64,000 bases of DNA from Euglena gracilis (lineage: Eukaryota), in NCBI GenBank assembly GCA_039621445.1, contig CP154954.1:34011737-34075736 (forward strand), given 5' to 3'. A program made the position numbers and the translations under genes. The notes under the pieces are model-generated. The model was not told the origin of the DNA and searched no databases. It saw nothing but the letters and a program-made list of their open reading frames with translations. The number at the start of each line of letters is the position of its first letter. Positions within the stretch are counted from its first letter, which is position 1. This document shows positions 52,501 to 63,406 of this stretch, one piece after another.

Positions 52501-53767
52501 CCTGAAACTGTCACTGCTGGAGGGCAGCCTGGACAGTGCCAGCAAACTGGAACTACAACGCAGACAGGAACGCGGTGAGAAAATAAAATACCAGGAATTT
52601 TGGAACTGGATGTGCCAGAAATACGGTGGAGACACACAATCAGCCATCAAAGACGAACTGAAAAACCTGAGACCAAAAACGGAAGGAAAACTGACACTGG
52701 AAGCGTGGAGGGAGTTTGAAGCCCATTTCAAACTCCTCTACAGCAGGCTGGAAAATCCATCAGAAGAAGACGCTTACAACCTGGTGGCTGAAAAAATGCC
52801 TGAAACGCAACGCAGAAGCTGCATCAGGGAACAGGACCGCAGAAATCAGGACAGACCGACACTGAAACTGAAAGGGGTCACGAACATTACAAACGTCCCA
52901 GATGCAACAACGGAAGACGTTCGTGCCCTGGTGGCAGCAACAGTGGGCACAGGTGAAAACCTTCAGGTGGCACGAGACGGAAAAAACTTCAGGATCCAAC
53001 TGCACAGCAGCAGAGCTGCTGAACTGCTCCTGATGAAAAACGGTTCAACGCTGCTGACTGGACATAAACCCCACTTCACACAGGTGCAGGCAAGACTGAC
53101 TCTGGATGAACTGTTCCAACGTGTGGAAACCGAACTCAGGTGCCAACAACAGTCAGACTCCCTGGGTAGGGGGTACAACGGCTGGCAGAACCAACCTCGT
53201 GAAAACAGATCACGGTCAATGGACCGCAGGGGTTACGTCAGGGAAGTCAACGAGGAGGAGAAAACAAAATCCAGAAGTCGGACACCACCTTCCAGATCCC
53301 GACCTAACTCCCCTGGACCTCGAACCCCAACACCTGAAAACCCCAGACCCCCTTCTCCACGCCAGCAGGTGACCATGCAAGTTTCAGAACAGCCTGGCCA
53401 GGGACGGTACACCAACTGGTCAGACTGGGGACAAAACGACTGGGGCAAAGGCAAAGGAAAGGGGAAAGGTCAAAACTGGGGTTCAACCAAAAACTGGAAC
53501 CAGAACCAGAACTGGAATCAGAATTACGGCAAAGGCTACAATTCAGGAAAGGGATACAACTCTGGGAAAGGATACGATTCTGGGAAGGGGAGCGGGAAAG
53601 GAAAAGGCAAAGGGCAGCCACAGCCACAGCCAGCAGCAACAAAAACGGAACCACAGCCACAGCAAACCAACTCACAGGAGCCAGCCATCCAGCGGCAGGG
53701 ACAGCCAAAGGCAGAAGCATCTTCCAGCAATCGCTGGCAGCCAGTTCAAAACGCAGAACGGAAGTGA
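49525..53767 (+). pseudogene. gag: gag-like ORF1 of A2, one frameshift in A-runs near 50850-50870
   Basis: ORFs 49348-50889 and 50750-53767 match A1 gag. Confidence 0.82.
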
Positions 53768-54000
53768 AGGGGCTGCGGCCTGAGGGTAGGGGACGAGAGG
53801 GGCGACTCTCTGCAGACACAACCGAAACAACAAAACAAAACAAGGGAACCAGGTCCAGAGCCGCAGCAGTCATACACACTGGGTAAGGGAGGTAAGAAAA
53901 AATCCCAAAAGAAAAACATCCTGACAAAAAATTACTCCACAGCCCAGAACCGAAACGGGAACAGGTCAGCTGCAGGTTCGGCAGAGCAGCTTCACGGTGG

Positions 54001-56139
54001 GTGTCTGAAAACTACCACGTGAAGGAAGAAAAAATGACAGAAATTCTCTCACACTTCGGGGTCCAGCCCCAGCTGGACGCCTTTGCAACGGAAAAAAACA
54101 AAAGATTCCCGCAGTGGTGGGGATCTGGCAGCCCTGAGGGCACAGACGCATTTGAAAAAGCCTGGCACGGAAAACTGCTGTGGATGAACCCACCATTCAG
54201 CAAAATTTCACAGGTGGTGAGAAAAATTCAAACAGACGAGGCCCATGCACTCCTCATGGTACCCAGATGGGTTCACAGAAAGTGGTACGGAGAAATCAAA
54301 AAACTGGCAGTGATGTCAATGTTCATCCCAGCGGGAACAAAACTGTTCGGACAGGGTGACAAGAACTGCAGGAATACACCGTGGCATGTGGAAGTGTTTT
54401 TGGTATGCGGACACAAAACACGGTGCAAGTACCTACCAGGTTTCCACAAACATTTCACCCCCCTACACCCGACATCCAAGGTGAGGTTCGGCACAGCCCA
54501 CGAGTACCCGCCAGTGGAGGACGATGTGGAGGGTGGTGAACAAAAAACCGACTTGGGGACAGAAAAACCACAGAAACACATCAGAAAACTGCAGGAGGCA
54601 GCCACAGCGACACCAGAACGGGCCACAGCAGAAAAACCAAAACCAAAAATGCTGGACCTGTTCTGTGGAACAAAATCGGTCAGCAAGGTGTATGAAAAAA
54701 TGGGTTTCCAGGTGGTGACGGTGGACTCAGACCCCAGATGGAAAGCGGATTACCAGGTGGACGTACTGGACTGGGACTTCAGAAAACATTTCAAACCTGG
54801 TGAATTCCACACGGTGGTGTGTGGAGTTCCCTGCACAGAATTCAGCATTGCCCTGACGACAAGACCCAGAAACTTGGAAAAGGGAGACAGCCTTGCAAAG
54901 AAAGCCCTGGAAATTGTGGAATTTCTGCAGCCGCAGAAATGGTGGTTGGAAAACCCAAGGTACGGATACCTGGGAAAACGAGATTACATGGAACCGTACC
55001 CGTACATTGACGTGGATTACTGTCAATACACAGACTGGGGTTACAAAAAACCAACACGAATCTGGGGCAGCCCTGACATCCTGCAGGTACCAGCAAAACG
55101 GTGTGACGGAAAAACCTGCAAGAACCTTGACCCGAACGGTGGTGGTCAACTGGTGAAACTCAGCAACAAACACAACATTTCGGCCTTCAAAAAATTCAGG
55201 ATCCCAGAACAACTGATTCAGGACCTGGCGGGGTTCCACGAACGGCTACGTCAAACCAGCCAAGCCCAGGCCGCGCAGCAACAACCGCTGCAGCAGCCCA
55301 GCCCTGCCCAGACTGCACGACAAAACATGCTCTCACAGCCCAGCCCAGAACTGACAGGTGGACAGCCAAACTCTGATTCAACTGACAAAACAGAACCAGA
55401 CCAAAACATTCGGCTTCCAAAACGACTGCGTGAACCGGTGTTAAAACTCCTGCTGGGGCAGGTCATCAGCAGAAAGAAAGCAAAACAACTCCTCATCGAA
55501 GTCCGTGCTGTGTTGCCGGATGGCAAAAAAATGTTCCTACAGGCCCTGATCGACACGGGAGCACAGGCAAACCTGGTGAAAAAGAACCTGATTCCCCAAC
55601 AAAACTTCAGACGTTCACAAAAACCCTTGGCCCTGATCACAGCAGACGGAACAAGGATGGAAGGAGGACTACACGAAGTCACACTGGAACTGCAGTTTTC
55701 ATCACGGGTGCACAACACGGACAGAACAAGGGAGTGGTACACCATTGGAACATTCCATGACGCCGACATCCAAGTGGATGCCATCCTCGGATATCCGTGG
55801 ATGGAACAACACCAACTGGGGGTTTTCCCACACCTACAATCACTAGCCCTCATAGGTGAACCACTGCGGCTGCTGTCCAGTTGGCACCAGCTGAAGGAAC
55901 AAAAACACAGGGAACGAAAAATACACCAACTTCAGAAAAACATTTCAGAGGTTCGAGCAATGAATTTGCAGATTCCTGCTGAAGCGGGCCAGGACGAGGA
56001 AATACTGTTTGAAGACGAAACAACACTGGAAACTCTGGCAAGACAACTTCAGAAATCGGCAAAGAAATCTGACAGGGTTCACGGTGTTGTGGTGCAGAAG
56101 GACAGGAAACACAAGGCGAAAAGGTGGCAGAACTGGTGA
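54001..56139 (+). CDS. Uninterrupted N-terminal pol frame: amino-MTase, C5-MTase, aspartic protease; true start uncertain (first ATG 54034)
   Basis: One 712-codon frame with LDAFAT, DAF, NPPF (~54001-54410); MLDLFCGTKS, GVPCTEFS, WWLENPR, KPTRIWG, IPEQLIQDL (54649-55236); LIDTGA (DTG at 55552-55560). Confidence 0.88.
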   Translation: MSENYHVKEEKMTEILSHFGVQPQLDAFATEKNKRFPQWWGSGSPEGTDAFEKAWHGKLLWMNPPFSKISQVVRKIQTDEAHALLMVPRWVHRKWYGEIKKLAVMSMFIPAGTKLFGQGDKNCRNTPWHVEVFLVCGHKTRCKYLPGFHKHFTPLHPTSKVRFGTAHEYPPVEDDVEGGEQKTDLGTEKPQKHIRKLQEAATATPERATAEKPKPKMLDLFCGTKSVSKVYEKMGFQVVTVDSDPRWKADYQVDVLDWDFRKHFKPGEFHTVVCGVPCTEFSIALTTRPRNLEKGDSLAKKALEIVEFLQPQKWWLENPRYGYLGKRDYMEPYPYIDVDYCQYTDWGYKKPTRIWGSPDILQVPAKRCDGKTCKNLDPNGGGQLVKLSNKHNISAFKKFRIPEQLIQDLAGFHERLRQTSQAQAAQQQPLQQPSPAQTARQNMLSQPSPELTGGQPNSDSTDKTEPDQNIRLPKRLREPVLKLLLGQVISRKKAKQLLIEVRAVLPDGKKMFLQALIDTGAQANLVKKNLIPQQNFRRSQKPLALITADGTRMEGGLHEVTLELQFSSRVHNTDRTREWYTIGTFHDADIQVDAILGYPWMEQHQLGVFPHLQSLALIGEPLRLLSSWHQLKEQKHRERKIHQLQKNISEVRAMNLQIPAEAGQDEEILFEDETTLETLARQLQKSAKKSDRVHGVVVQKDRKHKAKRWQNW

Positions 56140-59100
56140 AAAAACTGCGGCAGGACTATGAAGGAGTGGTCCTGCGGGACAAAATCTTCCCAGACCCCCC
56201 AGAACGCGGACCACTAGGTTATGGGAAAATCGAACTGAAACCTGGAACAGTGGCGAAAAAACAAAGACCCATCCACATGACAGGAGAACGCCGACAGGCA
56301 CTCATCGACATGGTGGACGAATGGGTTAGGGACCTGAAAGTGGAAGACGGGAGGAGTGACTGGTCCAGCCCCACGTTCGTGGTGGCCAAAAAGGGTGGAA
56401 AATGGAGAGGGGTGGTGGATTTCAGAGCACTGAACGAGGCAACAATCACAGACGCCCATCCCCTCCCTAGGATAGAAGACATCCTAGTTCAACAAGGACA
56501 ACGGGCCCTGTACAGTGTACTGGACCTGAAAGACGCCTTCCACCAGGTGCCACTGAGATCAGAGTCCAGACCTTACACCTGCTGCAGCACACCTAAGGGA
56601 ACAAAACAGTGGAGAGTGGTGGTCATGGGAATGAAGAACGGGGTACCGATTTTCCAGAGGGTGATCGAGTACAGCCTGGAGGAGGTACAGGACATTGCAA
56701 ATCCCTACGTGGACGACATCATCGTAGGAACCATGTGGCAGGGAACTGAAGACAAACCCTCGAACAACACGACAAGGACATCAGAAGGGTGATGGAGGCA
56801 CTGAAAAAACAGCAACACGTGGCAGACATCAAGAAATGCAAATTTTTCGTGAAAGAGGTGGAATTCTGTGGACACGTACTCGGTGGTGGACAACAAAAAC
56901 CTGCACCTGGGAAATTGATGGCCTTGGAAAAATGGGAGGAACCCAAAACGGTCACAGCCCTGCGGGCATTCCTGGGATTCACAAACTACTACGCCTCATA
57001 CATCCCAGGATACGCAGAATTGGCTGCAGACCTGATGGAAAAACTGAAGGTAAAAAAAGGACAGGGGAAGAAAGGAAGCCTGACACCTGTGTTTTTCGGT
57101 GAAAAGGAAAGAACAGCCTTCCAGACCATCAAAGAAAAACTGCTGGGAAGCCTGAAACTGCAAACAGTGAACCCAGACAAACCGTTCATACTCAGGGTGG
57201 ATGCAAGTGGCAGAGCCGTAGGTGCGGCTCTGGAACAATTTGCGGAGGACAATGAAGAAAAACCAGACCCAACAACAGCCATGACCAAAAAAACAGTACC
57301 CGTAGCTTTCTGTTCACGAAAACTGACACCTGGGCAGGTTCGCTCGTGGTCTCCTAGGGAGAAGGAGACCTACGCAGTGATCCTGGCCCTGCAAAAATGG
57401 GCTTCCTGGATAGGAATGCAACCGGTACTGGTGTTGACGGACCACAAGTCCATTGAGGCATGGGCAACGGAGGCGCTGGACACCCCCAGTGGACCAGCTG
57501 GACGTAGGGCTAGGTGGCACGAACTGCTTTCGCGGTTCGACATAACCGTTGCATACGTACCTGGCAAAGACAACACGGTCGCCGATGCCTTGAGTAGGTG
57601 GGCCTACCCCGCCTCACAGGCATTCGCCGACGTGAGTATCCACGGGAGTGAGGAGGACGACCGACTCATGAAAGAAATCATCAAACAGGAGGAAAAGGAA
57701 CAGAAAACTTGTATGGTGATCAACGTGCAAGACCTGACACAGGCACAAAAACAACTTCAAGAACCCGTCACTGTGGCCGTCACAACAAGGGGGGGAGCCA
57801 AAACGGGTGAAGATTCGCCCACAGTGCCTGGTTCAACGGAAAACGGTGACACCCCTCAAAAAATTTCAAAAACACCTCAAAAACCTGCAAAAACGACAAA
57901 GAAATGGGTTGTGAAGGAAACGACTGTGGTGGAACCAAGCAAAAAACTGGCTGAGGCAACCCCAAGGGAGACCACGGATGAGGCGGGAAACCTGAGCCGA
58001 CCAGACCAACCAAAAAACAAAACCCCAGAAAATTCAAACACGGCCGAGGGACCATCCACTGAGGAAGACCCACCAAGGCGAAGACCCCTGGAAGAGGACC
58101 TGTGGAACCCCTAACAACAACAGACTCAACAAAGCAACAGGACGCGCAAGGTGCGTCATCCTGAACGGGGACACCCGTTGGACCTCCATCAAGGGGAGTG
58201 CACTCCCCGGAGCTTCAACAGGGGGAACCGAAAGGGGTGATGGACAGGGAATGGAAGAACGAGTACGAAAGTTGCCCAAAGTGGGGACCTGTGCTCAAGG
58301 ACCTGAAGGGAACAGGGTTCAAAAACTGGCCTGACGGGTACCGATTCGACAACGGCAGGCTCTACAAAAACGCACTCCTGTGTGTACCAGGTGGGTTGAC
58401 TGGAAACGTAATTCGGGAACGTCACGAAACAGCCGGGCACCCAGGGTCAGCCCGACTGTGGGACCAGATGAGAAGGTGGTTTGCGTTTGCGGACCACCAG
58501 GATGCAAAAAAACTGACAGGCAAAAAGATGACCATGTGTGAAACCTGCCAAGCCACAGAACCCAGCCACCTACCATACAAGTGCCCCATTGAACCGACAC
58601 CAATTCCTGCACACCTGATGGACAGTGTTGCCATCGACTTGTTCTCACTTCCTGAAACGACCTTTGAAGAGAAAAATACGACACGTTGGCGTTGTGTGTG
58701 GACAGGCTGAGTGGATGGATGGTTGCAACCCCCCACCTGGCCAAGGGACTCACGGCAGAAAAGGTTGGAAAGGACATGTACAAACAGTGGGGAATTTTTG
58801 GGATACCCTCGGTGGTGAGCTCCGACCGGGGCTCCCACTTCACAGCCGGTTGGTGGAAAACACTGTGTGCTGCCCACGGGGTCCGTGTGGCGTACGGGCA
58901 GGCATACCACCACCAAGCCAACGGACGGGCTGAGGTAGCGGGTCAACAAGTCCTCCGAAAACTGGCAAAACTGGCTGCTGAGAAAGGGGTACCCTGGGTT
59001 GAACTCCTACCGAACGCCTTGAGGGCCCTACACGACGTCCCAGGTGAAACGGGATTGTCACCGTACGAAATTGTGTTTGGCATGCACAGACCGTTGGCGG

Positions 59101-59716
59101 GATTGCCATACCAACCACAAAAGGAAGCGGAAGGGGCCACAACGTTCTTGGAAAGGATGAAAGAACAAGACCAGTGGGTGAGCCTGGTCCTGAACGAAAA
59201 ACAACGTGAACGGGCTGAATCGGTGAACCAAAAACGCAGAGAACCACCTGTCTTGGAAATCGGTTCCAAAGTCTGGTATCAACCCGAAAAACAACCTGGC
59301 ACCGACAAACTCGAACCGAAGTGGAAATGGCCTGCAGTGGTGTTGGAAAGAGTGGGACAACACTCCTACGTGGTGGAACTTCGACCTGGTAACCGACAAC
59401 CTGCCCACCGTTCACAACTCAAACCCCACGTGGAGGACTTCTACAACACAACCCTGTTCCCCTCTACTTTTGGTCGGGCAAGGCACAGGAGTTGGAGGTC
59501 GGACCTGACGAGTGGGAGGTTGAAAAAGTTCTGAACCACCGCAGAAAAGACGGAAAACTCCAATTTTTGATTCAGTGGAAAAACTGGGACCCGTCGGACA
59601 CTCAATGGGAACCCCTGAACCATTTCTTCCTCCGAACAAACAAAGATGTGGTCCAATATTGCAAGAAACGGGACCTGGCTGTGGATGTGAGAGAGTTGCT
59701 TGATGGGATGGAGTGA
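56124..59716 (+). pseudogene. pol: Rest of A2 pol: RT, RNase H, integrase, chromodomain; frameshifted
   Basis: YVDD, RVDASG, SDRG, NGRAE and WEVEKVLNHR across ORFs starting 56124, 56789, 58198, 58686 and 59492. Confidence 0.92.
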
Positions 59717-61441
59717 CGCAAGTCGCATACCCCTGCACTCCCTCACAGATGCCGCCACGTCGCCACCCCCAACGACCCCGTCGCCAACCCCAACCCTACC
59801 ACCCACACAAACCTCGACCAGCCCCCTTCACCATCTCCACCATACTACCCCCACCCCTACGTGCCCTTGAGGCCCAACTTCCTTCCCCCCTGTGCCTCCG
59901 AACTTCAACACCAACGCAAACGAGGCCACCCCCACCACCATACCGCCCCCCACCGCCATACCAACCCCCACAACAACCCTCACCTCAACCCCCTCACAAG
60001 CCCCCACAGCCACCCCCACAGCGGAGCCCCAGCCCGAACCCCCCGCAGCTGGAGCCACCGAGCCCTCCGCGGAGGCGGAGACGCTCAGTCTGCTCCAGCC
60101 CGGGCAGTCTCCGGGGGGTATAGCTGCCCCTGGACAGCCCCCCCGCAACTCCCCCCCGCAGTCCACGACCCCCCTCACCGCAGCCCAAGCCCCCCACCGA
60201 CGACAACCTCCCCAAGAAACAGTGGTGGGTAGCGGAGCTGCTGGACCTGTGACGGGTGAACCCCCCTCCCCTGCAAGGCGCGGGTGCCCCCACGGGCCCC
60301 GCCAGTATACCCAGAGCCTTGCGGTGGGACCCGAAAACAACCTGAAAGAGACTTCACGACCGAGATTCCGAGCTGATTTACAACCCTGACCGAATTCTCA
60401 AGCTGCACACCCCAGTCCGACATGAAGCTGTGCACCACTGACAAAACCTGCCTGACTGAAAACTACAAAACGGGTCTGGGCAGCCCCCTGGCCAGCCCAC
60501 CTGAACCTGAACCGCTGGCCAGCTCAACTCGACCCAGCCCAACTGTCCCATACAAGACCCGATCCGACCCGATTTGACTGACCTCAAGTGCCTCTCTTCA
60601 ACCAATCAATCCATTCTTCATTTCTCCATCGTTGTTGTTGTGGGTTGGGACCCCCCCCCGTGGAGAACGAACCTTCACCCCTGAACTTGGCCAGCCTACC
60701 TGTAAAACAAAAAACAACAAAACACAGCACCCAACCCCAACCGTAGCAGCCAGCCAAAACTGGGCAAACGGTGGAAGCGGAACCTGACATTGACCCAAAA
60801 ACGCAGACCTGGCCGACCCCGGGCCACCGGCCTGGGGGGGGGGGGACGAGGACCCTCCACAGCACCTGACCTCGCACAAACCAGCCTACCACCCAGAAAA
60901 ACATCAAAAATACAAAAAAAACCATTGTCCTTGACCCAGCCTGATTTTTACCCAAAACCCAGCCCTCAAATGCTTTTATTAAAATTCGTCCCCGGCCGGA
61001 GCCTGACCGCTTGGCCTGGGGGGGGGGGGCTGGAAGACCCCAGCTGGACCCACCCCCCACCGAACAGACACCAAGCCTAGACACCGAAGTGGCTAACCGA
61101 ACAGAAAACGGCTGTCTAGGACCCCGACCGTGACAAAACAACTCACCTGGCCTGGGAATAAGAATTTCCTGAAAATTTAACCAGGGCTGGCGCTTGATTC
61201 ACAACGGCGCCTGCCCCCCCCCAACAAACAGCCCTAGGTGGGCTGGGGGGGGGGGGAACAGCACACCAGACCCCCGCACAGACCCAACCCCCCGGCCATA
61301 AAACGAACCTGAACGGCACAGCCCCCTGAGGGGGGGGGGGACCCTGAACCACAACGGTCCCCTCGCTCGCCCCCTCCTCACAACGAGTGCACTCCGCACC
61401 CCTTCCTGTTGGAGTCGTGAAGAGTTGTAAACAACTCCTTC

Positions 61442-61452
61442 GGGAAGGGGAG
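61442..61452 (+). promoter_or_regulatory. Polypurine tract, A2
   Basis: GGGAAGGGGAG before the LTR. Confidence 0.88.
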
Positions 61453-61937
61453 TGTGAGTCAGGGGTGCTGAGTGCCCCAAACAACATAACCTAACCCAAC
61501 CCAACCTGATGACTCTGCAGTTAGGATTAGGAAAATCTTATTAGGAATTATTAGCATTGCTGACCCTATCTGTTTGCACAGGGCTCTGTCTCTGTCACTG
61601 TTTTTGTCTGTTTCAAGTTCAAGAATTGAAGTATCTTGGTGGAAAATATCATTCTTACCTGGACAGTTCGTGGTTCATTACATTGGTACTGGTTTTGGAA
61701 TTGCTGAATTGCTTGTATTGTGCTGTTGGTCTTGTGAATTTTTATCAAAGGAAAGGTGTGAGCCACCCAACTCACCTGTTTTCACCAAAAAGACCCACCA
61801 AAACAAAAGAAAATGCAATTTTTGAAACAGGCCGCGAGGGGAAGTGAAAACACATTGGGCAGGGTAAAAGATCCTACGCAAAGGGGTGCCGGCCCCGAGG
61901 GACTGGAAACTCGAGGGCGGGCACCACGGTTACAACA
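61453..61937 (+). repeat. 3' LTR of A2
   Basis: TGTGAGTCAGGGG...GGTTACAACA; more diverged from the A1 LTRs than they are from each other. Confidence 0.93.
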
Positions 61938-62079
61938 CACTCCACCCCCCCAGACCAACACGCGCGACAAGGACAACTACTCAGCACCTCCCCCCAAGGT
62001 GTGCACTCTAGGAGAAATTTCCACACAACCAACAACCAAACACAAAAGGAAATAACTGAAACCAAACTAACCACCACCC

Positions 62080-62460
62080 CCGCGCCTATGGCGCCCCCGC
62101 CACTCAAGCCCCTATGGCACCCACCACCCCCTGCGCCTTTGGCGCCTCCCTGCGCATATTGTGCAAAGTGCGCATAGCACAGACGTTGCGCCTATGGCGC
62201 CACCAACCCTCGCGCATAGCGCAAATCTTGCGCATAATGCCCCCCCTCCCCCGCGCTATATGGCGCCCCCAACCACCGCGCCTACAGCGCTGACACCCCC
62301 GCGCATATTGCGCTCCCCACGCGCATAGCGCTCATCGCGTGCATATTGTTTTGCACACCGCGCATAGCGCACACCTCCCCACCCGCGCATATTGCGCAGC
62401 CCGCAAACAAGATGCGCCCCCCCCCTCCCCTCACCCGTGCATAGCGCAAATCTCGCACAA
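62080..62460. repeat. Degenerate short-unit GC-rich repeat (GCGCATA / GCGCCTATGGCGC)
   Basis: Many imperfect copies of CGCGCATAG, CGCATATTG and GCGCCTATGGCG. Confidence 0.65.
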
Positions 62461-62781
62461 TTGTGTATGTCTTACAAATGGGTATCTGCCCAACCCACCC
62501 ATATTCTTTTGGGGATAAGTCCCAAAGATGTTTGTGTACATATTTCACAATGGCACTTTTGTTGTTGATTTGCAAACCACATGCTCAAAATGCAGATTTG
62601 GTTTACTTAAGCAACAAAAGTGGCCATCCCCCCTTCTTTGACCACGAACTTGTTGGTCAAATCGGCGAAAACCAAAGGAGTTTTGATCATTCAAGCGCAC
62701 AATTGCGCCAACCTCAAAGATATTTGCAGAAACACAAGGTGTGTGATAAGTTTTTGGGATACATTGCAAATACTGCATTTT

Positions 62782-63110
62782 TGTGTACCAGGCGTATGCT
62801 TCTGTCCCCTTCCGTTGAGGAAGTTAGGATGGAAGTAGATCCTATTAGGATCTTCTAATGGGTGCCCCTTCTCTCTCCACAGGTGGTATTCTTATTCTGT
62901 TTGTCTTTCCTTTTCTCCGGACCGGACTTGGTTATCCAGTCCGTCCTCCCTGCATTGCTCTGTGCTTTGCTTCTTGGGAAGTGGGAAAAGGGTTTTTACT
63001 GTTACTCTGATTTTCAGTTCCCACGTAGGTGCGCCAAGGCGAAAGCGAAGGCTTTTGGGAATTGGGAAAGTGGAATTGGGAATCAGACGTACACTTGGTA
63101 GCAGATTAGG
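62782..63110 (+). mobile_element. Diverged B-related 5' LTR plus PBS, truncated just downstream
   Basis: TGTGTACCAGGC start and GACGTACACTTGGTAGCAGATTAGG end are shared with 43093-43528. Confidence 0.72.
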
Positions 63111-63144
63111 TCACGATCCTACACATACAGCCCATACAGGATAA

Positions 63145-63399
63145 TACCGCGCGCACATCGCGATAATGCGGGTCGAGGATATCCTCGCCCGATTTCGCGG
63201 ATGGCGTTTGGGTTCCCACCAGTACATCATCGATGTACACCAGAGCAAACGGTACATCGCGCAAAACCCACTGGATCATGCGTTGAAACATGGCTGGGCC
63301 ATTCTTAACACCCATGGGGAGTACCGTCCATTGGTACACACCTTTGGATGTCATGAATGCCGTGTACGGTTGCGAATCAGGATGCAAATGCAAATGCAA
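63145..63399 (-). pseudogene. Ty3/Gypsy reverse transcriptase fragment, not family A
   Basis: LHPDSQPYTAFMTSKGVYQWTVLPMGVKNGPAMFQRMIQWVLRDVPFALVYIDDVLVG. Confidence 0.9.
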
Positions 63400-63406
63400 T
63401 CATCCC

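Larger units (their letters stand above)
49395..61937 (+). mobile_element. Family A copy 2, lacking the 5' LTR
   Basis: Colinear and highly similar to 1051-12951; starts at a duplicated PBS; ends GGTTACAACA. Confidence 0.95.
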
